A stretch of DNA of 32,000 nucleotides from Phycisphaera mikurensis NBRC 102666. GTDB taxonomy: Bacteria > Planctomycetota > Phycisphaerae > Phycisphaerales > Phycisphaeraceae. Below, piece by piece: positions 9,427-17,639 of this stretch (its first letter is position 1; the number at the start of each line of letters is the position of its first letter). The translations under genes were made by a program, and so were the position numbers. The stretch covers positions 3,270,001 through 3,302,000 of the forward strand of contig NC_017080.1 of assembly GCF_000284115.1 (NCBI RefSeq), written 5' to 3'. A model generated the notes under the pieces. It saw only the letters and a program-made list of their open reading frames with translations. It ran no database searches and had not been told where the DNA came from.

Positions 9427-9545
9427 CCGCACGGCCCGCGGGCGGTGCGATCGCGCAGCGTCGCGTTGTCGGGCGCCCGACGCCCGGGAAGGCGTGGTGC
9501 CGGGAGCGGGATCCGCTCGTGCGCCCCGGCTTGCCGGAACGCAGC

Positions 9546-12194
9546 TCAGTCGGCTCCGAGCAGCCGCTCGTCCCAGCGCGTCGCGAGGTAGGGGCTCGAC
9601 ACCGCGAGTTCGTCGCGGCCCGGCCACCCGTCGAGCACCGCGACGCCGGCGGGGTCACGCCACCAGCCCGGCCGGCGGAAGAGGGTCACGCCGCCGGCGA
9701 GCGAGCCGCGGGACAGCGGGAGCAAGGCGGTCGCGTGCTCGCGGTGGAGCGACAGGGGATTGGAAGCGGCGGCGAGCTCGGCCAGCGGCGAGGGGCACCG
9801 GGCGTCGAAGAGGGCGCCCAGGGCCCACGCGGCGGCGGCGCCCTCGGGCCCGGGGCGGGGCAGCCGGCCGAGCAGGACGCCCGCGAGCGCGGGGTCGCTG
9901 CGCCAGCGGCTCGCCGAGGCGGCGTCGACGGCCAGGAAGGGGTCGGCCTCGGCGAGGGCCGCCAGCGCTTCGGCGTCGACCGGCACGCCCGCGGGCCGGT
10001 GTGCGAGCGACTGGACCACGCGGCGGGCCGCGGCCACGCCCAGCGGGGACATCGGCGAGGCCGCTGCGCCGCGGGCGATCCCGGCCAGGAAGGCGTCGGT
10101 GCGGGCCCGCACGCGGGCCTCCACCTCCCCGGCCGGCCCGCCGCCGGGTCCGGGCTCGGCGGCCAGCGTCTCCAGCGCACCGAGCAGCGCCGCGAGCACG
10201 AGGGGATCGCCCGCGGCGAGCGCCTCCGGGTCCAGGTCGAGCCCGCCGCCGGGGGCGAGCGCGTCGCCGCCGCCGGGGTCGCGGCGGTCGCCGGCGAGGC
10301 CCAGCGCCACCGCCGCGGCCACGCGGGTGCCGCGCGGCTGCGTCGTCTGCGCCGCCGTCTTCAGGAAGACCCGCCGCGCGTCCCGGCGGAGGCGTGCGGC
10401 GTCGTGCGGCGAGAGCCGCAGCGGGTACACCGCCGCGGCGTCGGGACCGGCCAAGACCCGCCGGGTGAGAACGGCCGAGGCGAGCAGGGCGAAGGACTCG
10501 GTCGCGCGGCGGTCCAGCTCCGCCGCGTCGGGCCCGGGGTCGGAGGCCGCGACCCGGCGCGGCCGCAGCAGCCGGAGGCCGTCGCGGTCGGGCTCGTCGC
10601 CGTCGGCGTAGCGCAGCACGAGGTCGGGCACGCCCTCGCGCTCCTCGGCGGCGAGGTAGCCCAGCGCGAGCAGCATGGCCGCGCGGGCGGGGTCCGAGCC
10701 GGGCTCGCCTGCGCGGTCGATCTCCTCCACGAGGTCCTCGACGGCGTCCTCGGGGAAGCCGTCTTGGGAGGGCTCCAGCCGCGCCAGCCCCAGCGCCGCG
10801 GCGGTCTCCAGCCGCTGCTCGAGGGGGTTGGGCACGGGACGGCCGCCGACGAGCACACGCGGGACGGCGTGGTCGTTGCCGCCGCCTTCGTCCGCCTCGG
10901 TCCGGTCGCTCCGCCCGCGAGGGCCACGGTCTTGCAGGGTGCTCCCGCCGCGGGGCCCGCCGCGGTCCTGAAGGGTGTTGCCGCCGCCCGGCTCGCCGCG
11001 ATCCTGAAGGGTGTTGCCGCCGTCGGGCCTGCCGCGGTCCTGCAGCGTGTTCCGCCCGTCGGGCCCGCCGCGGTCCTGCAGCGTGTTCCGCCCGTCGGGC
11101 CCGCCGCGGTCCTGCAGCGTGTTGCCGCCGCCGGGTCCGCCTCGGTCGTCGAGCGAGCCGCCGCGGAGATCGCCGTTCCGCGACGCTCCCGCCGGTCGCA
11201 CGGCCCGCGAGACCTGCGGCCCCCCGCCCACCGCCGCCTCCGCCGCGGGCCGGCCGCCGAGCACCGCCGGCCCGAGGAGCAGGACCTCGTGGCGTGCGGG
11301 GAACTCGCCGATCCGCCCGCCCACCGACAGGTACCGGCGGAGCAGGTCCTGGTCCGCCCGCCGCTGGAAGTCCGGCGCGGCGAGCAGTGCCTGCTCGGCG
11401 AGGAAGACACGCGGAACCTCCCGGAGCACCGCCGGCATCAGCCGGTCGTTGACCGCCGAGCCCCGCACGCCCAGGGCCTGGAGCGCGAGGCGCCGTGCGT
11501 CGCCGCCGGGCCCGCGGCGGACCGCCTGGAAGAGCGCCCGCTCCTCCGCCTCCCGCAGCGCGGGGAGCAGCGTCATGCCCGCCGCTGCGCCAGCGGCCGC
11601 CGCGGCGTCGTCGCCCGTGAGATCGGCGAGCAGCAGGGCACGCGCCGCGTCCGAGCCGATCAGCCCCCGGGCCAGCCGCGTCATCCCGCGGACCGCGGGG
11701 CTCGGCGACGCGATCGGGCCGTCGTCCGCGGCGAGCAGGGACTCCGCCCGCGGCCCGCCGACGCGGCCCAGCGCCAGCACGAGCGCCGCCTCGCGCTCCC
11801 GAGCGGCCGCGGCGTCGCCGCCGGGCGCGGCGGCCCGTTCCTCCCACGCGGCCGCCAGCGCCTCCGCCGCGTCGTCCCGCGCCGCCACCCACGCCGCCCC
11901 CGGCTCGGGCCGGGAGCCTCCGGGCCAGCGGTCCGCCAGGAAGCCGTCCCGTCGCGTCTCGAACCACGCGTACCAGCTCGGCACCGCGCTGAGCCGCTCC
12001 TCCCGCAGCAGCAGGCCGAAGCCGCCGACGCAGCCGGCCGCGGCATCCCGCTCCCCGTCGCCCCCGATCGACAGGAAGCCGGACCGCCCGGACGCCGCCG
12101 GCGCCGAGGCGAACACCGCCAACGCCACCGCCACCGTCAATGCCAGCGGCCGCAAGCGAGAAGGGACGTTCCGACGCCGGTTGGGCTGCACCAC
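9546..12194 (-). CDS. Large secreted Ala/Leu/Asp-rich helical-repeat-like protein with an internal dodecapeptide tandem array; function unknown
   Basis: Of the three long overlapping ORFs here, this is the only one with protein-like composition. It has an N-terminal signal peptide ([31 protein letters not shown]). It contains repeated [12 protein letters not shown] units. No catalytic motif was recognised. Confidence 0.75.
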   Translation of the reverse strand: MVQPNRRRNVPSRLRPLALTVAVALAVFASAPAASGRSGFLSIGGDGERDAAAGCVGGFGLLLREERLSAVPSWYAWFETRRDGFLADRWPGGSRPEPGAAWVAARDDAAEALAAAWEERAAAPGGDAAAAREREAALVLALGRVGGPRAESLLAADDGPIASPSPAVRGMTRLARGLIGSDAARALLLADLTGDDAAAAAGAAAGMTLLPALREAEERALFQAVRRGPGGDARRLALQALGVRGSAVNDRLMPAVLREVPRVFLAEQALLAAPDFQRRADQDLLRRYLSVGGRIGEFPARHEVLLLGPAVLGGRPAAEAAVGGGPQVSRAVRPAGASRNGDLRGGSLDDRGGPGGGNTLQDRGGPDGRNTLQDRGGPDGRNTLQDRGRPDGGNTLQDRGEPGGGNTLQDRGGPRGGSTLQDRGPRGRSDRTEADEGGGNDHAVPRVLVGGRPVPNPLEQRLETAAALGLARLEPSQDGFPEDAVEDLVEEIDRAGEPGSDPARAAMLLALGYLAAEEREGVPDLVLRYADGDEPDRDGLRLLRPRRVAASDPGPDAAELDRRATESFALLASAVLTRRVLAGPDAAAVYPLRLSPHDAARLRRDARRVFLKTAAQTTQPRGTRVAAAVALGLAGDRRDPGGGDALAPGGGLDLDPEALAAGDPLVLAALLGALETLAAEPGPGGGPAGEVEARVRARTDAFLAGIARGAAASPMSPLGVAAARRVVQSLAHRPAGVPVDAEALAALAEADPFLAVDAASASRWRSDPALAGVLLGRLPRPGPEGAAAAWALGALFDARCPSPLAELAAASNPLSLHREHATALLPLSRGSLAGGVTLFRRPGWWRDPAGVAVLDGWPGRDELAVSSPYLATRWDERLLGAD
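10928..11179. repeat. 36-bp tandem repeat, about 7 units (the last degenerate), in frame within CDS 9546..12194
   Basis: Units start at 10928, 10964, 11000, 11036, 11072, 11108 and 11144. The units at 11036 and 11072 are identical (ggtcctgcagcgtgttccgcccgtcgggcccgccgc). On the minus strand they encode [11 protein letters not shown][R/G]. Confidence 0.95.
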
Positions 12195-12211
12195 GGGAAG
12201 CTCCGGGGGAG

Positions 12212-13342
12212 ATGCGTTTACGCTCGGAGCGTATGGCCGCCGCTCCCCCCGCCCCGCCGAGCACCCCGCGAAGCTCCGCCGCCGGCGCCGCGGACCGCGG
12301 CCCCGGAACCGCCGATCTGCTGACGGTCCGCGGCCTCAAGGTCCACTTCCCGGTCAAGCGCGGCGTGCTGCAGCGGACGGTTGGGGCCGTCCGCGCCGTC
12401 GACGGCATCGACTTCGGCCTCGCCCGCGGCGAGACGCTCGGCCTCGTCGGCGAGTCGGGCTGCGGCAAGTCCACCGCCGGGCGGGCCGTGCTGCGCCTGG
12501 TGCGCGCCGACGCGGGCGAGGTCACCTTCGACGGGCAGGACGTGCTGAGCGCGGGCCGCCGCGAGCTGCTCGCGTTGCGGCGGCGGATGCAGATCGTCTT
12601 CCAGGACCCGGTGGCCAGCCTCAACCCGCGGATGACGGTGGGGGCCATCCTCGGCGAGCCGCTGGCCGTGCACGGCCTCGCCAGCGGCGAGGCCCTGCGC
12701 GACCGCGTCGCCGACCTGCTCGTGAAGGTGGGCCTGGAAGCCGACCACGCCCGGCGCTACCCGCACGCCTTCTCCGGCGGCCAGCGCCAGCGGATCGGCA
12801 TCGCCCGGGCGCTGGCCCTCGAACCGGACTTCATCGTCTGCGACGAGCCCGTCTCGGCGCTGGACGTCTCCGTCCAGGGCCAGGTCCTCAACCTGCTCTC
12901 GGACCTCCAGGACGAGCTGGGCCTCAGCTACCTGTTCATCGCCCACAACCTCGCCGTCGTCGAGCACTTCTGCGACCGCGTCGCCGTGATGTACCTCGGC
13001 CGCATCGTCGAGATCGCCCCCCGCGACACGCTCTACCGCGACCCCCGCCACCCGTACACCCGGGCCCTGCTCTCCGCCGCCCCCACCCCCGATCCCGCCG
13101 GCCGCCGCGAGCGTGGCGCCCAACGGATCCTCCTCGAGGGCGACGTCCCCAGCCCGATCTTCCTCCACGGCGACGAGCCCCCGGAAGGAGCCGACCCGAA
13201 CGACCCGCCGCCGCCGCTCGCCGCGTCGGACGGGCGAGCCGGCCGGGTGAGGCGAAAAGACCTCCTCGTCCGCCCCCCGCTGGTCCCCGTCCCCGGCAGC
13301 CCGGAGCACCGCGTCTCCCCCGGCCCGGGCGTGGAGCTCTGA
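12212..13342 (+). CDS. ABC transporter ATP-binding protein, oligopeptide/dipeptide (OppF/DppF) type, with no transporter partners nearby
   Basis: It has Walker A (GESGCGKST), the signature [15 protein letters not shown], Walker B ([12 protein letters not shown]), the H-loop (FIAHNL) and the Opp-type C-terminal motif [12 protein letters not shown]. The ATG at 12212 is preceded by ggggga. The ATG at 12233 is an alternative start. The ORF-track start at 12140 overlaps the divergent gene. Confidence 0.92.
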   Translation: MRLRSERMAAAPPAPPSTPRSSAAGAADRGPGTADLLTVRGLKVHFPVKRGVLQRTVGAVRAVDGIDFGLARGETLGLVGESGCGKSTAGRAVLRLVRADAGEVTFDGQDVLSAGRRELLALRRRMQIVFQDPVASLNPRMTVGAILGEPLAVHGLASGEALRDRVADLLVKVGLEADHARRYPHAFSGGQRQRIGIARALALEPDFIVCDEPVSALDVSVQGQVLNLLSDLQDELGLSYLFIAHNLAVVEHFCDRVAVMYLGRIVEIAPRDTLYRDPRHPYTRALLSAAPTPDPAGRRERGAQRILLEGDVPSPIFLHGDEPPEGADPNDPPPPLAASDGRAGRVRRKDLLVRPPLVPVPGSPEHRVSPGPGVEL

Positions 13343-13632
13343 CGCTCCGCACCGGGGACCCGCTCTCGCGCGCCGGGCGGATCTCGCCCGTGCCGGGTGG
13401 AGGGGCGGCCCGGCTACGCCACCTCCGCCGCTCGGGGACCTGCTCGCGGCGCCGCCGGGGCCGTCGCGCTGCGAGCCTGGTTCGGCGTCCTCACGGGCGG
13501 CGGCCACGCGATGGCTCCGACCCGCGATCCTCAAACGTCTCATACCCCCCTCACGCCAACGGGTTATTCTACCCAGGGCGAACTCTCGGAGCGCCGTCAG
13601 GCTCTCAGCAAACCATCAGGAGGACACGAAGG

Positions 13633-14652
13633 ATGAAGACACGCGAACGCTTGCGAGCCGGGCTGGCGACCACGGCGGTCTCCGCTCTTGCACTTGCCTG
13701 GACACTCGGTTCCGCGCCGGCAGCCGTCGCCGCGGTCGTGATCGATTGGGCGACCGTCGGCAACGCGGGCAACGCCGCCGACACCACCCGATTGGGCGCG
13801 GTGGGCTACGACTACCGCGTCTCCAAGCACGAGGTGACCAACGCCCAGTACGCCGCATTCCTCAACGCGGTGGCGGCCACGGACACGAACAGGCTTTACA
13901 AGACCATCATGGCCGCCGACCGCCGCGGCGGGATCACCCGATCGGGCTCGCCGGGCAGCTTCACGTACGCCGTGAAAGCGGACATGGGCAACAAGCCGGT
14001 GAATCACGTCAACTGGTTCGACGCGGCCCGCTTCTCGAACTGGATGACCAACGGCCAGGGTTCCGGAAGCACGGAGACCGGCGTGTACACCCTGCGCGGC
14101 CGGTTGGTGCTGGCGACGACCCGCGACACCAGCGACCTATCCCAGGTGTTCCTCCCGAACGAGAACGAGTGGTACAAGGCCGCGTACCACCAGCCATCGG
14201 CCGAGGGCGGCGACAGCGACGGCTACTGGGCTTACCCGACCGCCAGCAACCGCCGGCCCACGATCGCCCGGGCCAACGCCACGGGAGACATCCGAAACGC
14301 CGGTGTGAACGTGGCGAACTACAACAGCGGAGCGGACTGGAACGGCCTGAACGGCAACGTCGCGACGGTCGGCTCGGCGGGGGTCGGCAGCGAGAGCTTC
14401 TACGGCACGTCCGACCAGGGCGGCAACGTGTGGGAGTGGACCGAGTCGCGGCTCGCCTCCAACTTCATCCTCCGCGGCGGCTCGTGGAGCAACTTCGATC
14501 TCAACATGCGGTCCTCGAATCGGATCCTGCTCAGCCCGTCGACCGCGAACAGCCAGGCCGGATTCCGGATCGCGAGCTTCATCCCGGAACCCGCTTCGCT
14601 CGCGCTCCTCGCGGCGGGAGCCCCCCTGGTCCTCAGACGGCGCCGGGATTGA
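13633..14652 (+). CDS. FGE-sulfatase (SUMF1/formylglycine-generating-enzyme-like) domain protein with a PEP-CTERM sorting signal
   Basis: The ATG at 13633 is preceded by aggagga. A signal peptide is present. KHEVTNAQYAAFLNAV, VNHVNWFDAARFSNW, GNVWEWTE and RGGSW are FGE-sulfatase motifs. The C-terminal IPEPASLALLAAGAPLVLRRRRD has the PEP motif, a TM helix and a basic tail. Confidence 0.9.
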   Translation: MKTRERLRAGLATTAVSALALAWTLGSAPAAVAAVVIDWATVGNAGNAADTTRLGAVGYDYRVSKHEVTNAQYAAFLNAVAATDTNRLYKTIMAADRRGGITRSGSPGSFTYAVKADMGNKPVNHVNWFDAARFSNWMTNGQGSGSTETGVYTLRGRLVLATTRDTSDLSQVFLPNENEWYKAAYHQPSAEGGDSDGYWAYPTASNRRPTIARANATGDIRNAGVNVANYNSGADWNGLNGNVATVGSAGVGSESFYGTSDQGGNVWEWTESRLASNFILRGGSWSNFDLNMRSSNRILLSPSTANSQAGFRIASFIPEPASLALLAAGAPLVLRRRRD

Positions 14653-14777
14653 CCCTCGCCGAAGAGGGGCCGCAGCGGTTCGGAGCACCCTGGCCCCGAC
14701 GTCGCGTCCTCGTAAAGACCGCCCCTCCGGGCCGGGTGGGAGGCCGCGTAGACGGCGGCGGGCTCTAGGCTGCGCCC

Positions 14778-15935
14778 GTGCCTGCTTCCGCCGAGATCGA
14801 GCCCGCCTCCCCCCCCGGTTCCGCGACCGGCAGCGTCGACGACCCGCTGAACCGGCGGATCCTCGCGGTTTCGGAGGACACGCTGCAGGGCTTCCACCGC
14901 CGGCCGATGCACGAAATCGCGGAGCGGTCGGGTGTGGCGGTGGAGGACGTGGTCCGCCGCATCCAGGCGATGCTTCGCTCGGGTGCCGTCCGCCGCGTCC
15001 GGCAGACCATGCTCGCCACAAGCCTTGCCCCCGGGGCTCTCGTCGCCTGGCGCGTCCCCCCCGCGAAGCTCCTCAGCGCCTTCGACTTCATGGCGGAGCA
15101 CGATCCCTTCTCCGGCCACGTCGTCCTCCGCACCACCGACGGCGAGACCCCCGGCAGCGGGTACCGGCTGTGGACGACGCTGAAGGTGCCGCGGCCGTTC
15201 TCGCTCGAAGCGCACGCGGAGTGGCTCCAGCGCGAGACCGGCGCCGAGGCCTTCCGCCTGCTCCCCGCGAAGAAGCTCTTCGCCCTGGGCGTCGGCCACG
15301 TCCGCCGCAAGGAGATCGAGCCCGGCGACCGCACCGACGCGCCCGGCCGCGTGCAGGACACCGCGATGGTCGACCTCGACGACCGGCAGTGGCGCGTCCT
15401 CGACGCGATCAAGCGCGAGTTCACGCCGGAAGAGCTGGAAGCGGCGCTCCCCGACGGATCGATCTGGTCCGCCCGGGCCGCCGAAGCGGGCGAGCGCCTC
15501 GACGGGTTCTACGAGGTCGCCGAGAGCCTGCAGCGGGCCCGCGTCGTCGGCCGCTTCTCCACCTTCCTGGAGCACGTGAAGCCCCACGCCGACGGCGCCC
15601 GCGTCACCCGCTTCAACGCGCTGTTCCACTGGAAGGTCCCCGAGGGCCAGGAGATCGAGGCCGGCCTCGAGATCGGCCGGCACCACTGCATGACCCACGC
15701 CTACTGGCGCGAGGGCGGGCCGGAGTTCGGCGGCGTGAACATGATGGGCGTGTCCCACGGCACGGACAAGGCCCGCGTGCTGGAGCACAAGGCCGCCATC
15801 GATCGGCACCTCGAAGAGGCCGGCATTTCCGTCGGCTACACGAACGTGTTCTGGGGCGGGAAGAGCGAGATCAAGCCCAGCGAGGTGAGCCCGCGGGTGT
15901 ACGCGGCGTTCGCGGAGGAACGCGGCATCGCCTGA
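14778..15935 (+). CDS. Fused double Lrp/AsnC-like protein resembling siroheme decarboxylase (AhbA/AhbB, NirD/L/G/H family)
   Basis: There are two tandem halves. Each has an N-terminal wHTH-like segment (LNRRILAVS...IAERSGVAVEDVVRRIQAMLRSGAVRR; WRVLDAIKRE...) and a C-terminal ligand-domain-like segment (ALVAWRVP...SGHVVLR...RLWTTL...LLPAKKLF). The family assignment is by eye only. Confidence 0.65.
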   Translation: MPASAEIEPASPPGSATGSVDDPLNRRILAVSEDTLQGFHRRPMHEIAERSGVAVEDVVRRIQAMLRSGAVRRVRQTMLATSLAPGALVAWRVPPAKLLSAFDFMAEHDPFSGHVVLRTTDGETPGSGYRLWTTLKVPRPFSLEAHAEWLQRETGAEAFRLLPAKKLFALGVGHVRRKEIEPGDRTDAPGRVQDTAMVDLDDRQWRVLDAIKREFTPEELEAALPDGSIWSARAAEAGERLDGFYEVAESLQRARVVGRFSTFLEHVKPHADGARVTRFNALFHWKVPEGQEIEAGLEIGRHHCMTHAYWREGGPEFGGVNMMGVSHGTDKARVLEHKAAIDRHLEEAGISVGYTNVFWGGKSEIKPSEVSPRVYAAFAEERGIA

Positions 15936-15940
15936 GCCCC

Positions 15941-16501
15941 TCAGGCGGCGTACAACTCGCGGAGCGGCAGCTCGGAGCCGAGCTCGGGCAGCGCGACCAC
16001 CGCGTCCTCGCCCTCGCGCCAGCTCCGCTCGAAGCCGCCGTCGGAGCCGCGTCGGTCGACGCTGACCCGCGGCCGCTCCGGCTCGACGAGCAGCAGCACG
16101 CGGAGGCTGGGGATCGTGAGGTACGCGTCTCGCTTCTCGCCCTCGTCCACACGCCGGGTCGACTCGCTGAGCACCTCGACGATCACCACCGGCTGGTCCT
16201 GGAACACGTCGTCCTCGGGGTTGGGCTCGCAAACCACCATCGCGTCGGGGTAGTAGAAACGCGTCTTGGGGGTGGAACGCACGCGGACCTTCGTGTCGGA
16301 GTTGAAGGCCGCGCACCGCTGCCCGCGGAGGCCGGCGTGCAGCGTCGCCACCGCGTTGGTGGCGATCCGGTGGTGGCGGTTCCGCCCCCCGGCCATCATG
16401 TAGATCATCCCGCCGACGTACTCGTGCTTCTGCTCGGCGACCGCCTCGCCCGCGAGGTATTCCTCGACGGAGACCAGCGGGCTGGAGGGGAGTGCGGACA
16501 C
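15941..16501 (-). CDS. Uma2-family (DUF820) PD-(D/E)XK putative endonuclease
   Basis: VSVEEYLAGE...KHEYVGGMIY, YYPDAMVV and VIVEVLSESTRRVDEGEKRDAYL fit the Uma2 layout and nuclease motif. The start is a GTG at 16501. The gene converges on the upstream gene with a 5-bp gap. Confidence 0.85.
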   Translation of the reverse strand: MSALPSSPLVSVEEYLAGEAVAEQKHEYVGGMIYMMAGGRNRHHRIATNAVATLHAGLRGQRCAAFNSDTKVRVRSTPKTRFYYPDAMVVCEPNPEDDVFQDQPVVIVEVLSESTRRVDEGEKRDAYLTIPSLRVLLLVEPERPRVSVDRRGSDGGFERSWREGEDAVVALPELGSELPLRELYAA

Positions 16502-16632
16502 GCGCGCAGCGTATGCAGGCGGAGGATGCGGAAGCCGCAGCGCGACCGGGCGGCCCGGGGGGATGCGTCGGATGCCTCCCGACCTTGTGCGGCGTAGATT
16601 CCCGCCCCGCCCCCCGCCGAGCCCCGCCCGAC

Positions 16633-17598
16633 ATGCTCCTCTCGCTGACGCTCCTGGGCCTGGGTTTGGCGCTCCTGCTCGCCGGCGGCGAGGCGCTCGT
16701 GCGGGGCGCGGTCGCGGCCGCGGAGCGGCTGGGCGTGCCCACGCTGGTGATCGGGCTCACCGTCGTCGCCTTCGGCACCAGCACCCCCGAGCTGGTGGTG
16801 AGCCTGGGCGCCGCGTGGCGCGGCAGCCCGGACCTCACCTTCGGCAACGTGGTCGGCAGCAACCTCGCCAACGTGACGCTGCTGCTGGGCCTGACCGCGC
16901 TGGTGAAGCCGGTGCTCGTGGAGCGGCGGATCGTGCGGCGGGAGGTGCCGCTCATGCTGCTCACCGCGGCGGCGGCGGCGGCGCTGGCGCTGGACGGCTC
17001 GCTCGGCAGCGCGGGCGCCGCCGACGCCTTCTCCCGCGGCGACGGCCTTGTGCTGCTGCTGCTGTTCGCCGTGTACCTCTACGGGCTCCTCGGCGACGCG
17101 CTCGGCGAGAAAGGCCCCGCGGGATCGACCGAGGCCGCGGCGAAACCCCCCGCCTCGGGGTGGCTTGCGCTGGGTCTGATCGCCCTCGGCCTCGTCGGCC
17201 TGATCGCCGGGGGCGAGCTGACCGTCCGCGGCGCGACCGACCTCGCCCGCGCCGCGGGCCTGCCCGAGGTGGTCATCGCGTTGACGGTCGTCGCCGTGGG
17301 CACCAGCCTCCCCGAGCTGGTGACGTGCCTGGCCGCCGCCCGCCGCGGGCAGAGCGACCTGGTCGTGGGCAACCTGGTCGGCAGCAACCTCTACAACCTC
17401 ACCTTCGTGCTGGGCCTCACCGCCGCGGCCGTGCCGGTGCCGGTGCCGGTCGGCGGCGGCCCGGACCTGCTCGCGATGGTCGCCGTCTCGGCGCTGCTCC
17501 TGCCGCTGGCGCTCACCGGCAAGCGGGTCAGCCGGCCCGAGGGCGCCCTGCTGCTCGCGCTCTTTGGCGGCTACACGCTGTGGCGGGTGGCCGCTTGA
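16633..17598 (+). CDS. Ca2+/Na+ (CaCA, YrbG-like) antiporter
   Basis: Two alpha-repeat signatures are present, AFGTSTPELVVSL and AVGTSLPELVTCL, each followed by GNVVGSNL or GNLVGSNL. There are about 10 hydrophobic helices. The start is the ATG at 16633 (MLLSLTLLGLG...). Confidence 0.92.
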   Translation: MLLSLTLLGLGLALLLAGGEALVRGAVAAAERLGVPTLVIGLTVVAFGTSTPELVVSLGAAWRGSPDLTFGNVVGSNLANVTLLLGLTALVKPVLVERRIVRREVPLMLLTAAAAAALALDGSLGSAGAADAFSRGDGLVLLLLFAVYLYGLLGDALGEKGPAGSTEAAAKPPASGWLALGLIALGLVGLIAGGELTVRGATDLARAAGLPEVVIALTVVAVGTSLPELVTCLAAARRGQSDLVVGNLVGSNLYNLTFVLGLTAAAVPVPVPVGGGPDLLAMVAVSALLLPLALTGKRVSRPEGALLLALFGGYTLWRVAA

Positions 17599-17639
17599 GA
17601 CGCGGCGACCCCGACGCCCCGCGACGCCGGATCTCGGCG

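Noticed and set aside
9469-9482. The palindrome gtcgggcgcccgac between convergent pgi and the secreted-protein gene, as a terminator
   Set aside because: It is a 14-nt perfect palindrome that leaves essentially no loop, and it has no U-tract. It is too weak to call as a feature, though it could contribute to termination.
10928-11179. The 36-bp and 176-bp arrays as CRISPR arrays
   Set aside because: The units are contiguous with no unique spacers. The 36-bp array is in frame inside a CDS. No cas genes are present.
9519-14652. Long ORFs 9519..12323(+), 9655..12648(-) and 11011..14652(+) overlapping the secreted-protein and ABC genes
   Set aside because: Their translations are dominated by R/P/G/A runs with no motifs. 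The alternative frames contain a signal-peptide protein, a textbook ABC ATPase, and (from 13633) a motif-rich FGE-domain protein with its own Shine-Dalgarno sequence. Only the last 339 codons of 11011..14652 are real.
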